Origin: Myxococcales bacterium
GTDB taxonomy: Bacteria; Myxococcota_A; Polyangia; Haliangiales; Haliangiaceae
Reading direction: 5' to 3'
Assembly: GCA_016707895.1 (NCBI GenBank)
Contig: JADJGV010000002.1
Coordinates: 655,695-719,694 of the forward strand
Length of the DNA: 64,000 nucleotides
The notes beneath the pieces were generated by a model, which saw only the letters and a list, made by a program, of their open reading frames with translations, was not told the origin of the DNA and ran no database searches. The translations under genes were made by a program, and so were the position numbers. This document shows, in pieces, positions 41,825-52,547 of this stretch (position 1 is its first letter; each line of letters starts with the position of its first letter).

Positions 41825-43527
41825 GCGAGCAGCAACCGCTCGATCTCGCGCAGCGTCTCGGCGTCGTCGCCGATCATCTCCTTCATCGCCTGCAGCCGGC
41901 CGGCGACGACCCGCGCCAGCTTGTCCTCGATGGTGCCGTCGGCGTAGGCCCAGTACACCTGCGCGAAGCGGCCGTCGCGGTGGCAGCGGCCCTCGATCTG
42001 CGCCATCTGGATCGCCGACCAGCGCAGGTCGTGGATCACCTCGGACCGCGGCGCGTCGTTGTGCTCGCCCTGGTGCAGCGAGATGCCCTCCTCGACGGTG
42101 AACAGCACCACCTTGGCGTCGCCGCGCTGGAACCGCAGCCGCTCGGCCTCGCGGGCGGCGGCGCCCAGCCCGCCGTGGATCACCGCGCACGGCACGGCGC
42201 CCAGGCCGCTGCCCAGCTCGCCCTTGATCGCCTCGAGGGTCTCGACGAACGCCACCGACACCGCGACCTGGTGGCCGTTGTCGAGCAGCTCGCGCACCAG
42301 CTCGACCGTGCCCGGCGCGCGCAGCAGCGAGCTCTTCTGCCGCAGCCGCAGCGCCGCCGCCAGCGCCGACTTGGGATCGCGGCCGCGCGGCGCCAGCTCG
42401 AGCTCGCGGCGGAACGCGGTCCACGCCTGCTGGTACAGCTCGCGCGCCGAGCCGTCGAGCTCGATCGGCGTGAGGATGCGGTTGATCGCCGGCCACCCGG
42501 CGATGTCCTCGGGGCGGCGGCGCAGGCCGGCCGGGCCGTGGCCGCGGGCCGGCTCGAACAGCATCGCGCGCACCCGCTCGCAGTCGTTGCGATCGCCGCG
42601 CCACAGCCACTTGCCGTAGGTGCCGCGGCTGATGCCGAGGCCCTGATCGAGGCACCACTGCTCGAAGTCCTTGAGGTCGGCGGCGCGGGCGCCGGTGGTC
42701 GCGGCCAGGAGCGGCGCCAGGTACGACAGCTCGAGCGGGTTCTGCCCGGCGGTGGCCGACAGCCACAGGCAGAAGCCGGCCTCGGCCACCAGCTTGGCGG
42801 CCAGCTTCGAGCGCGCCGCGGTGGGGTTCTTGCAGCGGTGGCTCTCGTCGAGCACGACCACGTCGAACGCCGGCGCGGTGCCGACCCGGGCCAGGCCCTT
42901 CTTGGTGCGGACCTTCTTGCGCGCCGCGGCGCTGACCTCGAACAGCTTGCCCAGGCGATCGTAGTTGATGACGACGATGTCCTTGCCGCCGTCGCCCATC
43001 GCCTCGATGGTGCGGCGCCAGTGGGCGATCACCGCCAGCGGGCAGACGATCAGCACCCGCGCCGAGGATCGCGCGCCGAGGATCGCGGCCCACGCGGTGA
43101 TGGTCTTGCCCAGACCGACGTCGTCGGCGAGCAAGAACCCGGGGCGGCCGGCGGCGCGGGCGGCGGCGATCGCCGCGACCGCCTCGGTCTGGTGCGCGCG
43201 CAGCGCGATCGTCCCGGTCGGCGTCGACGGCGGCGGCAGCGCGGCGTCGGTCAACGTGCGCTCGACGTGGCGCTCCCACGAGTACGGCGCGGCCGCGAAC
43301 GGCGCCAGCGCGGCCGGCAGCGCGGCGCCCTCCCACACGTGCACGCCGTGGTCGGCGTCCCAGCGCGCGCCGGCGGCGGCGGCCACCGCGCGCATCGCGA
43401 ACGGCACGTCGAGCACGTGCAGCGACGGCGCGGCGCGTGGCGGCGGCGCGGCCGCGCGGGTGGCGGCGGCCGGGCGGCTCGCGCGCAGGGGAGCGGACAC
43501 GGTGCGCTTGGCGCGGATGATCGACAC
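41821..43527 (-). CDS. SNF2-family DNA-dependent ATPase/helicase
   Basis: Walker A LADDVGLGKTITA, DESH box (VVLDESHRCKN), HELICc region. N-terminal VPFAMRAVAAAAGARWD motif. Start uncertain: the track ORF extends to 43743, which would overlap the divergent gene, so a GTG at 43527 is chosen. Confidence 0.7.
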   Translation of the reverse strand: MSIIRAKRTVSAPLRASRPAAATRAAAPPPRAAPSLHVLDVPFAMRAVAAAAGARWDADHGVHVWEGAALPAALAPFAAAPYSWERHVERTLTDAALPPPSTPTGTIALRAHQTEAVAAIAAARAAGRPGFLLADDVGLGKTITAWAAILGARSSARVLIVCPLAVIAHWRRTIEAMGDGGKDIVVINYDRLGKLFEVSAAARKKVRTKKGLARVGTAPAFDVVVLDESHRCKNPTAARSKLAAKLVAEAGFCLWLSATAGQNPLELSYLAPLLAATTGARAADLKDFEQWCLDQGLGISRGTYGKWLWRGDRNDCERVRAMLFEPARGHGPAGLRRRPEDIAGWPAINRILTPIELDGSARELYQQAWTAFRRELELAPRGRDPKSALAAALRLRQKSSLLRAPGTVELVRELLDNGHQVAVSVAFVETLEAIKGELGSGLGAVPCAVIHGGLGAAAREAERLRFQRGDAKVVLFTVEEGISLHQGEHNDAPRSEVIHDLRWSAIQMAQIEGRCHRDGRFAQVYWAYADGTIEDKLARVVAGRLQAMKEMIGDDAETLREIERLLLA

Positions 43528-43643
43528 GGTCGGCGCAGCGTACACGCGCGGCGATCGGCGCGCGCGGGGCGGGATCGCGTCGCCGTCGCGGCGCGGTGAT
43601 ACCCTCGTCCCGGCGACGCGTGCGGGCGTCGCGGGAGTCGTCC

Positions 43644-45212
43644 ATGCCGCTCGAGTCGTTCGCGAGTCGTCCCGTGCGCGCGCTGCGCGTCGTCGTCCTG
43701 AGCGCCGCCGCGGCCGCGCTGGCCTGCGGCAGGGCGCCGCCACCCACAGCCCCGCCGCCCAAGCCGGCCGCGATCGCGGCGCGGGTGATCGATCAGGTGC
43801 CCAGCGACACGCCGTACGCGATGGCGTTCGATCAGAACATGCTGTCGACCGCCACGCTCGAGGTCACCGCGGTGCGGACGATGGTCGAGGCCGCGCTGCG
43901 CGAGGCGGTGTTGAGCCCCGCGGCCGCGGCGAGCGCCAGCGTCGAGGACCGGCTCGGCAGCGAGTTCGCGCGCGAGCTGCTGCCGTTCGACGACGCGGCG
44001 CTACGCCGCGTCGGATGGCTGCCGGGCGAGAGCGAGCTCGTGCTGTACGGCGAGGGGCTGATCCCGGTCATGCGACTCCGCGCCGACGGCCGCGCCGCCC
44101 ACGCCGCCTGGAAGCGGATCAGCGCGCGGGCCGAGCTGCGCCTGCCCGAGGCGTCCTGGCACGGTGTGCCCTACATCCTGGTCCCGCCGCGCGACAAGCG
44201 CACCCAGACGATCGTCGTCGCGTTCCTGCCGCACCAGGTGGCGGCGTCGGTGGTGATGCACCCCGAGGCGATCCTCGACCACCTGATCGACGAGGCGCCG
44301 GCCGCCGCGCCGTTGCTGCCGCGGTGGCGGCGCGGCCACGTCGATCCCGCGACCCCGGCGGACTCGTGGCCGCTGATGTGGCTGAACCCCGCCGTCGCGG
44401 CGCCGCGGCTGCGCGCGAGCGACGACCTGGCGCAGCTCGGAGAGGTGGTGCCGGCGGCGTGCCGGGCGGCGGCCGCCGCCGCCGTCGCGGTGGTGCCCTC
44501 GATGAGCGTGATGTACTGGCGCGACGGCGACGAGCTGGTCGCGAGCTACGCGATGCCGCTGCCCGACGCGCTGCGGCCGCTGGTCGCCGGCGAGCGAGCG
44601 GTCGCCCACTGGCTCGCCGACGCCAGCCCCGGGATGCAGTTCGCGTGGCGGGTGCCGGCCGACGAGCTGGTGGGTGGCGCGTCGGCGATCGCGGCGCCGA
44701 TCCTGGCGGCGTTCCGCGCCTGCGGTGACCCGGTCGACGATCCGCTCGCGGCGCTCGGCGCCTTGCCGCTGCGGCAGCTGCGCGGCGGCACGGTCGCGAT
44801 GGAGGTGACCGACGGCCAGGCCGCGGTGGTGATCGCGCTCGAGGCCCTCGACGTCGGCGCGCTGTGGGGCTGGTTGCAGAGCGCGCTGCCGCTGGGCCCG
44901 TTCCCGCGCCCGGGCGAGGTGCAGGCAGTGCCGCTGATGCCGGGGCAGACGCTGTTCGCGATCGCCACCAGCCGGGAGGTCGCGTTCAGCCTGGGCTGGC
45001 CGGCGGCCGCGCGGCTGCAGGCGCTCCTGGCCAGCGGAGGTCACCCCGCGTCGGTCATGCTCGACTACGATCAGGGGGCCATGTCCGGCGCCCGCTTCCT
45101 GGGCCGCGTCCTCGACGACGACGGCGACACCGACCGCCGGAGCGTGATGACGATCGACGCGCACGGGTTGATCGGCCGCAGCCGCACGCCGCTGCCACCC
45201 GGCTGGCGCTGA
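43644..45212 (+). CDS. Hypothetical lipoprotein
   Basis: Start at MPLESFASRPVRALRVVVLSAAAAALACG (lipobox). 522 aa. No recognisable domain. Confidence 0.5.
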   Translation: MPLESFASRPVRALRVVVLSAAAAALACGRAPPPTAPPPKPAAIAARVIDQVPSDTPYAMAFDQNMLSTATLEVTAVRTMVEAALREAVLSPAAAASASVEDRLGSEFARELLPFDDAALRRVGWLPGESELVLYGEGLIPVMRLRADGRAAHAAWKRISARAELRLPEASWHGVPYILVPPRDKRTQTIVVAFLPHQVAASVVMHPEAILDHLIDEAPAAAPLLPRWRRGHVDPATPADSWPLMWLNPAVAAPRLRASDDLAQLGEVVPAACRAAAAAAVAVVPSMSVMYWRDGDELVASYAMPLPDALRPLVAGERAVAHWLADASPGMQFAWRVPADELVGGASAIAAPILAAFRACGDPVDDPLAALGALPLRQLRGGTVAMEVTDGQAAVVIALEALDVGALWGWLQSALPLGPFPRPGEVQAVPLMPGQTLFAIATSREVAFSLGWPAAARLQALLASGGHPASVMLDYDQGAMSGARFLGRVLDDDGDTDRRSVMTIDAHGLIGRSRTPLPPGWR

Positions 45213-45222
45213 CCGCGCGCGG

Positions 45223-46656
<1,434 letters not shown>

Positions 46657-46695
46657 GACCCGATCGTACCGCGGATGCGCGGCGCGGTTACGCGA

Positions 46696-47337
46696 TCACG
46701 GCGCGAGGCGCGTGCGGGTCCAGCCGGCGTCGCCCTGGCGGTACTGCACGCGATCGTGCAGCCGCGACGGCTGCCCCTGCCAGAACTCGATCTCGCGCGG
46801 CACCACGCGGTAGCCGCCCCAGCTCGCCGGCCGCGGCGGGGCGGCGCCATCCAGGGTCGCCTCGACCGCGTCGAGCCGCGCCACCAGCTCGGCGCGCGAC
46901 GGCAGCGGCTGCGACTGCGGCGACGCCACCGCGGCCACCTGGCTGCCGCGCGGGCGCACCGCGAAGTACGCGTCCGACTCGGCGGCGGTGACCTGCTCGA
47001 CGTCGCCCTCGATCCGCACCTGGCGATCGAGCGCCGGCCAGAAGAACACCAGCGCGGCGTGGGGCCGGGCCGCCAGGTCGCGGCCCTTCTTGCTGTCGTA
47101 GTTGGTGAAGAACACGAAGCCGCGGTCGTCGAGCTCCTTCAGCAGCACGACCCGCGCCGCCGGGCGGCCGTCGGCGTCGACGGTGGCCAGCGTCATCGCG
47201 TTGACCTTGTCGGGCGCCGCGGCGGTGGCGGCCGCGAACCAGTCGCGGAACAGCGGCAGCGGATCGTCGGGGCAACCGGCCGGATCGAGGTGATCGCCGG
47301 CGTACTGATCGCCGTGGTGCCAGTAGCGCTCGCTCAC
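46696..47337 (-). CDS. pdxH: Pyridoxamine 5'-phosphate oxidase
   Basis: GTG start overlapping the upstream stop. PNPOx FMN-binding core (MTLATVDADGRPAARVVLLKELDDRGFVFFTNYDSKKGRDL ... IEFWQGQPSRLHDR). 213 aa. Confidence 0.85.
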   Translation of the reverse strand: MSERYWHHGDQYAGDHLDPAGCPDDPLPLFRDWFAAATAAAPDKVNAMTLATVDADGRPAARVVLLKELDDRGFVFFTNYDSKKGRDLAARPHAALVFFWPALDRQVRIEGDVEQVTAAESDAYFAVRPRGSQVAAVASPQSQPLPSRAELVARLDAVEATLDGAAPPRPASWGGYRVVPREIEFWQGQPSRLHDRVQYRQGDAGWTRTRLAP

Positions 47338-47786
47338 TTGTCGGCCATCGGCAGGAGCTCGATCAGCGCGTGGAACGCGTCGTGGGCCGGCGCGAACAGC
47401 TCGTCGAAGTTCTCGGCGTCGTGCTGCGCGCAGTCCTCGGTCAGCGCCACCCACCGCGCCTGCAGCTCGCCCAGCCGCGCCATCCAGGTCGCGGCGTCGA
47501 CGCCCTCGGGGGCGCCGGCGGCCGCGACGCCGTCGAGCATCGCGCCCATCGGCTCGACCTCGTTGCAGGTGGCGGTGGCGCGGTCGGGCCCGGTCGGCAT
47601 GTGCCACAGCGGCGACAGGTGCTCGTGGAACTCGTGGAGCGCCGGCGGCATCGTCGGGTGATCGCCCTCGTGGGCCGCGTGATCGGCGTGGGCCATGGTG
47701 TCGACGTGCTCGGCCGAGCCAGTCTTGGGCTTGCCGCCGCACGCGGCGACGACGAGCAGGAGCGCGAACCCGAGGCGGTGCAGCAT
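47334..47786 (-). CDS. His-rich lipoprotein (possible metal-binding)
   Basis: Lipobox LLVVAACGG. His-rich tract HVDTMAHADHAAHEGDH and HEFHEH. Translationally coupled to pdxH. Confidence 0.5.
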   Translation of the reverse strand: MLHRLGFALLLVVAACGGKPKTGSAEHVDTMAHADHAAHEGDHPTMPPALHEFHEHLSPLWHMPTGPDRATATCNEVEPMGAMLDGVAAAGAPEGVDAATWMARLGELQARWVALTEDCAQHDAENFDELFAPAHDAFHALIELLPMADK

Positions 47787-47852
47787 GCGGACTGCTTCCC
47801 ACGCGATGCGGTAGCTGTCAACGCGACCCGCGGGCGCGCGGGCCGCGACCCA

Positions 47853-48392
47853 TCAGCGCAAGGCCTTGAGGCCCCGCTGGGCGCGCGCGTGGTTGATCGT
47901 GCGCACGATCTGCGGGTCCACCGTCAGGAACTTCGCCAGCGCGGCGCTGCCCAGGCCGACCCGCGCCGCGGTGGTCGCGACCTCGGCGCCGCACGCCAGC
48001 GTCACGTCGAGCAGCTCGGCGATCGCCAGCCAGAACTCGGCGGTCTGGCGGGTCTTCTCGCCGAGCCGCGCGGTGCCGCCGGCCAGGAACCCCGCCAGCC
48101 GCGGGCTGGGCGCCCAGGTCGCCAGGTCGATCGGCTCGCGCACCTCGAGCGCCAGGTGCGCGCGCAGCCGCTTGACCGCCCGGGCGCGGTTCTCGTGCTG
48201 CGAGCGGCTGTCGTCGGCGTGGGTGATGACGCCGGTGGCCCGGTGGCGCAGCCGCACCGCGCTCTCGGTCTTGTTGCGGTGCTGGCCGCCGGGGCCGCTG
48301 GCCCGGTAGCGGTCGACCTCGCACTGCCGCAGCAGCTCGTCGTCGGACGCCGCGATCGCCGCGTCGCGGACGCCGGGTGCGGGGCTGGTCAA
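47853..48392 (-). CDS. arfB: Peptidyl-tRNA hydrolase ArfB (YaeJ) family, GGQ-motif ribosome rescue factor
   Basis: SGPGGQHRNKTES GGQ motif with a basic C-terminal tail. TTG start overlapping the upstream stop (TTGA). The track ORF's N-terminus is an artefactual extension. Confidence 0.6.
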   Translation of the reverse strand: MTSPAPGVRDAAIAASDDELLRQCEVDRYRASGPGGQHRNKTESAVRLRHRATGVITHADDSRSQHENRARAVKRLRAHLALEVREPIDLATWAPSPRLAGFLAGGTARLGEKTRQTAEFWLAIAELLDVTLACGAEVATTAARVGLGSAALAKFLTVDPQIVRTINHARAQRGLKALR

Positions 48393-49357
48393 TTGCTCTG
48401 GCTCGGGCTCTTGCTCGGCTCGGCCGGCGCCGGGCCACCGCCGCCGCGCGTGCCCTGCCGCGCCTCGCCCGGCTCGACGTAGACGTCGACGCCGCCGCGA
48501 TCGCCGGCGCGGCCGACCTCGACCTTGACGATGCCGTCGCTGGTCAGCGCGTTGAGCAGCCGCTCGAGGCGCTCCTCGCGGTCGGTCTTCATCGTCAGGC
48601 ACAGCCGATCGACCAGGTCGAGCGGCATGCCGGGCGCGACCGCCGACGTGCGCACCACCGCGCCGCCGCGCACCCGCACGGTGATCGCGAAGCCCGGGTG
48701 CGGCGCGCCGCGGAACAGCTCGACCGTCTCCGACGGCAGCGGCGTCCCGGCGAAGTGGATGAACGACGCCTCGAGCGCGTCGACCTGGGCGTCGACGCTG
48801 TCGCCGGGGATCGCGAACTCGAACTCCGAGTAGGCGCGCTCGCCGATCGCCTGCGCGAACCGCTCGATGTGGTCGACCTTGTGCTCGGCGACCCACTGCT
48901 TGAGCTTGAACTTGGCCTCGTGGGTGCCGAACAGCGGCTCGATCTTGGCCCACGGCTGCGGGTCGACGAAGTGCCAGCCGGTCGTGACCTTGCCGCCCCA
49001 CACGCCGACCCACGGACCGACCAGCCGCGGCTCGAGCTTCTCGCCGATCGTGTCGAGCACCGCGGCGTCGCTGGCCGCGACGTTGCACAGCTTCAGGTAG
49101 TCGGCGAGCTTGGGCACCATGCCCGCGGGGTCGCCCCACGCGCCCCACCACAGCCGGCGCAGGTCGCTGCCCAGCATCGCCAGGTAGCTGACCATCGTGC
49201 CCGGCGGCATCTCCGGCGGCGTCGGCAGGTGCTCCAGGAAGCGATCGAGGTGGATGTCCATCCACTCCTCGACCACCGGCAGGTTGGACAGCGTGATCTG
49301 CAGGTTGAGGCGGATCGACAAGGCGCGATTGAGCGCGCTCTCGAGCGGATGGCTCAT
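48389..49357 (-). CDS. Hypothetical protein
   Basis: 322 aa with protein-like composition (K, W, F, Y-rich segments). No motif recognised. Coupled to arfB. Confidence 0.5.
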   Translation of the reverse strand: MSHPLESALNRALSIRLNLQITLSNLPVVEEWMDIHLDRFLEHLPTPPEMPPGTMVSYLAMLGSDLRRLWWGAWGDPAGMVPKLADYLKLCNVAASDAAVLDTIGEKLEPRLVGPWVGVWGGKVTTGWHFVDPQPWAKIEPLFGTHEAKFKLKQWVAEHKVDHIERFAQAIGERAYSEFEFAIPGDSVDAQVDALEASFIHFAGTPLPSETVELFRGAPHPGFAITVRVRGGAVVRTSAVAPGMPLDLVDRLCLTMKTDREERLERLLNALTSDGIVKVEVGRAGDRGGVDVYVEPGEARQGTRGGGGPAPAEPSKSPSQSN

Positions 49358-49464
49358 GGGTCCCCGGGGCCGCGGGCGGGCCTGGCGATCAGGATGCCAC
49401 GCCGACCGCCGCCGCGGCTATCGCCGCCGCCGGGGTTCGCCCGGTGCCACGCGAACGCGCGCGG

Positions 49465-50007
49465 CTAGCGCCCGTCCTCGCGCTCGGTCCGGATGCGCGG
49501 CAGGAGCGTCACGAAGTTGCAGGGGCGGTGCCGGCTGTCGAGCTGGGGGATCAGGATCTGCTCCATGCCCAGCCGGACCCCGCCGGTCGACCCCGGCAGC
49601 AAGAACACGTAGGTCTGGTCGCACAGCGCGGCCTCGGCGCGGCTCTGGATGGTCGAGGTGCCGATCTCGGCGAACGACAGGTAGCGGAACAGCTCGCCGA
49701 AGCCGGGGATCGGCTTGGTCACCAGCGGCGCCAGCGCCTCGGGCGTCACGTCGCGCGGCGTCACGCCGGTGCCGCCGGTGGCGATGATCACGTCGACCCC
49801 GGGGTCGGCGATCCACGCCGTGAGCGCGGCGCCGATCGCGTCGCGGTTGTCCTTGACGATCGCCCGCCCCGCGATCCGGTGGCCGGCGGCGGTCAGCAGC
49901 TCGACGATCAGCCCGCCGCTGCCGTCGTTCGCCTCGGTCCGGGTGTCGGACACGGTCAGCACGCCGACGTTGGCGGGGTGGAACGGGCGCGAGGGGTCGA
50001 TCGGCAT
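49465..50007 (-). CDS. Molybdenum cofactor biosynthesis protein, MoaB/MogA family
   Basis: GVLTVSDTR ... [18 protein letters not shown] ... LPGSTGG signatures. 180 aa. Confidence 0.75.
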   Translation of the reverse strand: MPIDPSRPFHPANVGVLTVSDTRTEANDGSGGLIVELLTAAGHRIAGRAIVKDNRDAIGAALTAWIADPGVDVIIATGGTGVTPRDVTPEALAPLVTKPIPGFGELFRYLSFAEIGTSTIQSRAEAALCDQTYVFLLPGSTGGVRLGMEQILIPQLDSRHRPCNFVTLLPRIRTEREDGR

Positions 50008-50053
50008 GGGCGCATTGTGCGCCGGCCCCGCGCCCCTGGCGAGCGGGCCGCGG

Positions 50054-51268
50054 CTACGCGTACTCGATCTGGATCGTCTCGATGATCGTCGTCACCGCGC
50101 GCTTGACCTGCTCGACGTCGGGATCGCGGACGACGACGTAGCCGTCGCCCTCGTAGCTGTCGGAGCGCGGCGCGCCGATCGTGGGCAGGCGCGACTCGAC
50201 CGCGAGGTGGCCGACCAGCGCGTTGGCGCGGTCGACGCCGCGCACCGCCTTGACCCGGCCGCGGCCGACGCCGCGCAGGTAGGCGACGCCGACCGCGTAC
50301 TTGCGGGTCCACGGGCCGTCGAAGGCGTCGTCGATCACCGCCCGGGCCCAGGCGCGGTACAGGTCGGCGTCGTGGGCGTAGCCGTTGGCCAGCACGATGT
50401 GCGCGCCGGGCGGGCGCGCGGCGATCTCGCCGATCGCCAGCGAGCCGTCGTCGCGGCGGAACCACTCCATGTGGGTGAAGCCGGTCTCCAGGCCGAGCGC
50501 GGCCACCGCCTTGACGCCCAGCGCGCGGGCGTCGGCGAACTCGGGGCCGTCGATGTCGCGCGGCAGCACGACGACCCACTGGATCCACGGCGTCTCCATC
50601 ACCTCGAGCGGCGTCGGGTAGTAGCGCGAGCACGACTGGAAGCGGACCTGGCCGCCGATCGTGATGGTCTCGAAGCTGTACTCGCGGCCGCGCAAGAACT
50701 CCTCGGCCAGCGCCGGCCGCTCGGGGCTGGCGTGCAGCGCCCGCAGCGCGGCGCGCAGCTCGTCGAGCGAGCCGATCCGCCACGTCGACTTGCAGCCCAT
50801 GCCGGCCGGCGGCTTGAGCACCAGCGGCAGCCCGACCTCGGCGACGAACGCCTCGGCGTCGCCCCAGGTGCGGATCAGCTTGTGGCGCGCGCACGGCAGG
50901 CCGTGGCGGCGCAGCTCGTCCTTCATCCGCGCCTTGTCGCGGAACAGCTCGGCGGTGCGCGGCGAGGTGCCGGGCACGCCCAGCGCCTGCCGCACCTCGG
51001 CCAGCTGCACCTGCAGCGGCTCGAGGATGCCGAGCACGCGGTGCAGCTTGCCGTGGCGGCGCTCGAGCGCGCGGGCGCCGGCGATCAGCTGCTCGGTGTC
51101 GAGGCCGTCGGCCACGGTGACGACGTCGGCGAACAGCTTGGCGTCGTCGCCGCGCGGCGGCTCCTGGGCCAGGCCCAGCAGGCGGACGCCGTCGAGGCGG
51201 GCCGCGGCGCGCGCGAAGCGCAGCGTGGTCTCGAGCGGGAACGGCGCGGCGAACACCACGTTGCGCAT
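50054..51268 (-). CDS. ATP-grasp domain amidoligase (paralog A)
   Basis: 404 aa. ATP-grasp core ([17 protein letters not shown] ... [14 protein letters not shown] ... [24 protein letters not shown]). Paralogous to 51330-52547 and 58740-59969. Confidence 0.7.
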   Translation of the reverse strand: MRNVVFAAPFPLETTLRFARAAARLDGVRLLGLAQEPPRGDDAKLFADVVTVADGLDTEQLIAGARALERRHGKLHRVLGILEPLQVQLAEVRQALGVPGTSPRTAELFRDKARMKDELRRHGLPCARHKLIRTWGDAEAFVAEVGLPLVLKPPAGMGCKSTWRIGSLDELRAALRALHASPERPALAEEFLRGREYSFETITIGGQVRFQSCSRYYPTPLEVMETPWIQWVVVLPRDIDGPEFADARALGVKAVAALGLETGFTHMEWFRRDDGSLAIGEIAARPPGAHIVLANGYAHDADLYRAWARAVIDDAFDGPWTRKYAVGVAYLRGVGRGRVKAVRGVDRANALVGHLAVESRLPTIGAPRSDSYEGDGYVVVRDPDVEQVKRAVTTIIETIQIEYA

Positions 51269-51329
51269 CGCCGCGTTGTACCATGCGAGGTGGCGGGCCC
51301 GCGGGCTCGCCGAAGGAGCTCGCGCCCCC

Positions 51330-52547
51330 GTGAAGGTCGTCTTCCTCGCGCCCGCCTATCCCCCCGAGATGCAGCAGTACACGCGCGGCCTGGCCGAGGT
51401 CGGCGCCAGCGTGTACGGCGTCGGCGACGCGCCGGTCGCGTCGCTGCCGCGCTCGCTCAAGCAACACCTGACCGACTACCTGCAGGTGCCGCGGCTCCTC
51501 GACGAGGCCGACGTCACCGAGCGGGTCTACCAGTGGGTGCGTGGCCGCGGCGTCGATCGCGTGCTGGCCAACTGGGAGGTCATGGTCTTGACCGCGGCGC
51601 GGCTGCGCGAGCGCCTCGGCGTGCCCGGCATGAGCTACGACGCGGTGCGCGGGTTCCGCGACAAGCAGCTGATGAAGGAGCGCGTGGCCGCCGCCGGCCT
51701 GCGGGTGCCGCGCGCGGTCCGGGTGCGCAGCGCCGCCGAGGCCCGGGCCGGGGCTGCGCAGCTCGGCTACCCGCTGGTGCTCAAGCCGATCGCCGGCGCC
51801 GGCAGCGCCGACACCTTCCAGGTCGACAGCGACGCCGACCTCGAGCGGGCGCTCACCGCCACGCAGCACGTGCCGGAGTGCAGCCTCGAGGAGTTCATCG
51901 AGGGCGACGAGTTCACGTTCGACACCGTGTGCATCGGCGGCAAGCCGGCGTTCATGAACGTCGCGCAGTACCTGCCCAAGCCGCTGATCGCCCGCACCAA
52001 CGAGTGGATCAGCCCGGTCATCGTCACCGTGCGCAACCTCGAGCAGCCGGCGCTGACCGGCGGCGTGGCGCTCGGCAAGCGCGTGCTCACCGCGCTGGGC
52101 ATGGGCGACGGCTTCACCCACATGGAGTGGTTCAGCAAGCCGTCGGGCGAGGTGGTGTTCGGCGAGATCGGCTGCCGCCCGGGCGGCGCCCACCTCGTCG
52201 ATCAGATGAACTACACCTGCGACATCGACCTGTTCCGCGAGTGGGCGCGGGTGTCGTGCTGGGGCAGCTTCGAGGCGCCGACCACCCGCAAGTACAACGT
52301 CGCGATCATCTTCAAGCGGGCGCGGGGCCAGGGCCGCATCACCCGGATCACCGGGCTGCGCGAGTTCCTGCGCGCCCACGGCGAGCACGTCGTCGAGTCC
52401 AAGCTGCTGCCGGTCGGCGCCCAGCGCCGCAACTGGAAGCAGACCCTGGTCTCCGACGGCTACATCCTGCTCCGGCACCCCGACTGGCGCACCGCGGTCG
52501 AGCTGGCCAACATCGTCGCGACCGACGTCACGATGTACGCGGAGTAG
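51330..52547 (+). CDS. ATP-grasp domain amidoligase (paralog B)
   Basis: GTG start at VKVVFLAPAYP. Same architecture as paralog A (GYPLVLKPIAGAGSADT ... THMEWFSKPSGEVVFGEIGCRPGG). Divergently transcribed from paralog A. Confidence 0.7.
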   Translation: MKVVFLAPAYPPEMQQYTRGLAEVGASVYGVGDAPVASLPRSLKQHLTDYLQVPRLLDEADVTERVYQWVRGRGVDRVLANWEVMVLTAARLRERLGVPGMSYDAVRGFRDKQLMKERVAAAGLRVPRAVRVRSAAEARAGAAQLGYPLVLKPIAGAGSADTFQVDSDADLERALTATQHVPECSLEEFIEGDEFTFDTVCIGGKPAFMNVAQYLPKPLIARTNEWISPVIVTVRNLEQPALTGGVALGKRVLTALGMGDGFTHMEWFSKPSGEVVFGEIGCRPGGAHLVDQMNYTCDIDLFREWARVSCWGSFEAPTTRKYNVAIIFKRARGQGRITRITGLREFLRAHGEHVVESKLLPVGAQRRNWKQTLVSDGYILLRHPDWRTAVELANIVATDVTMYAE

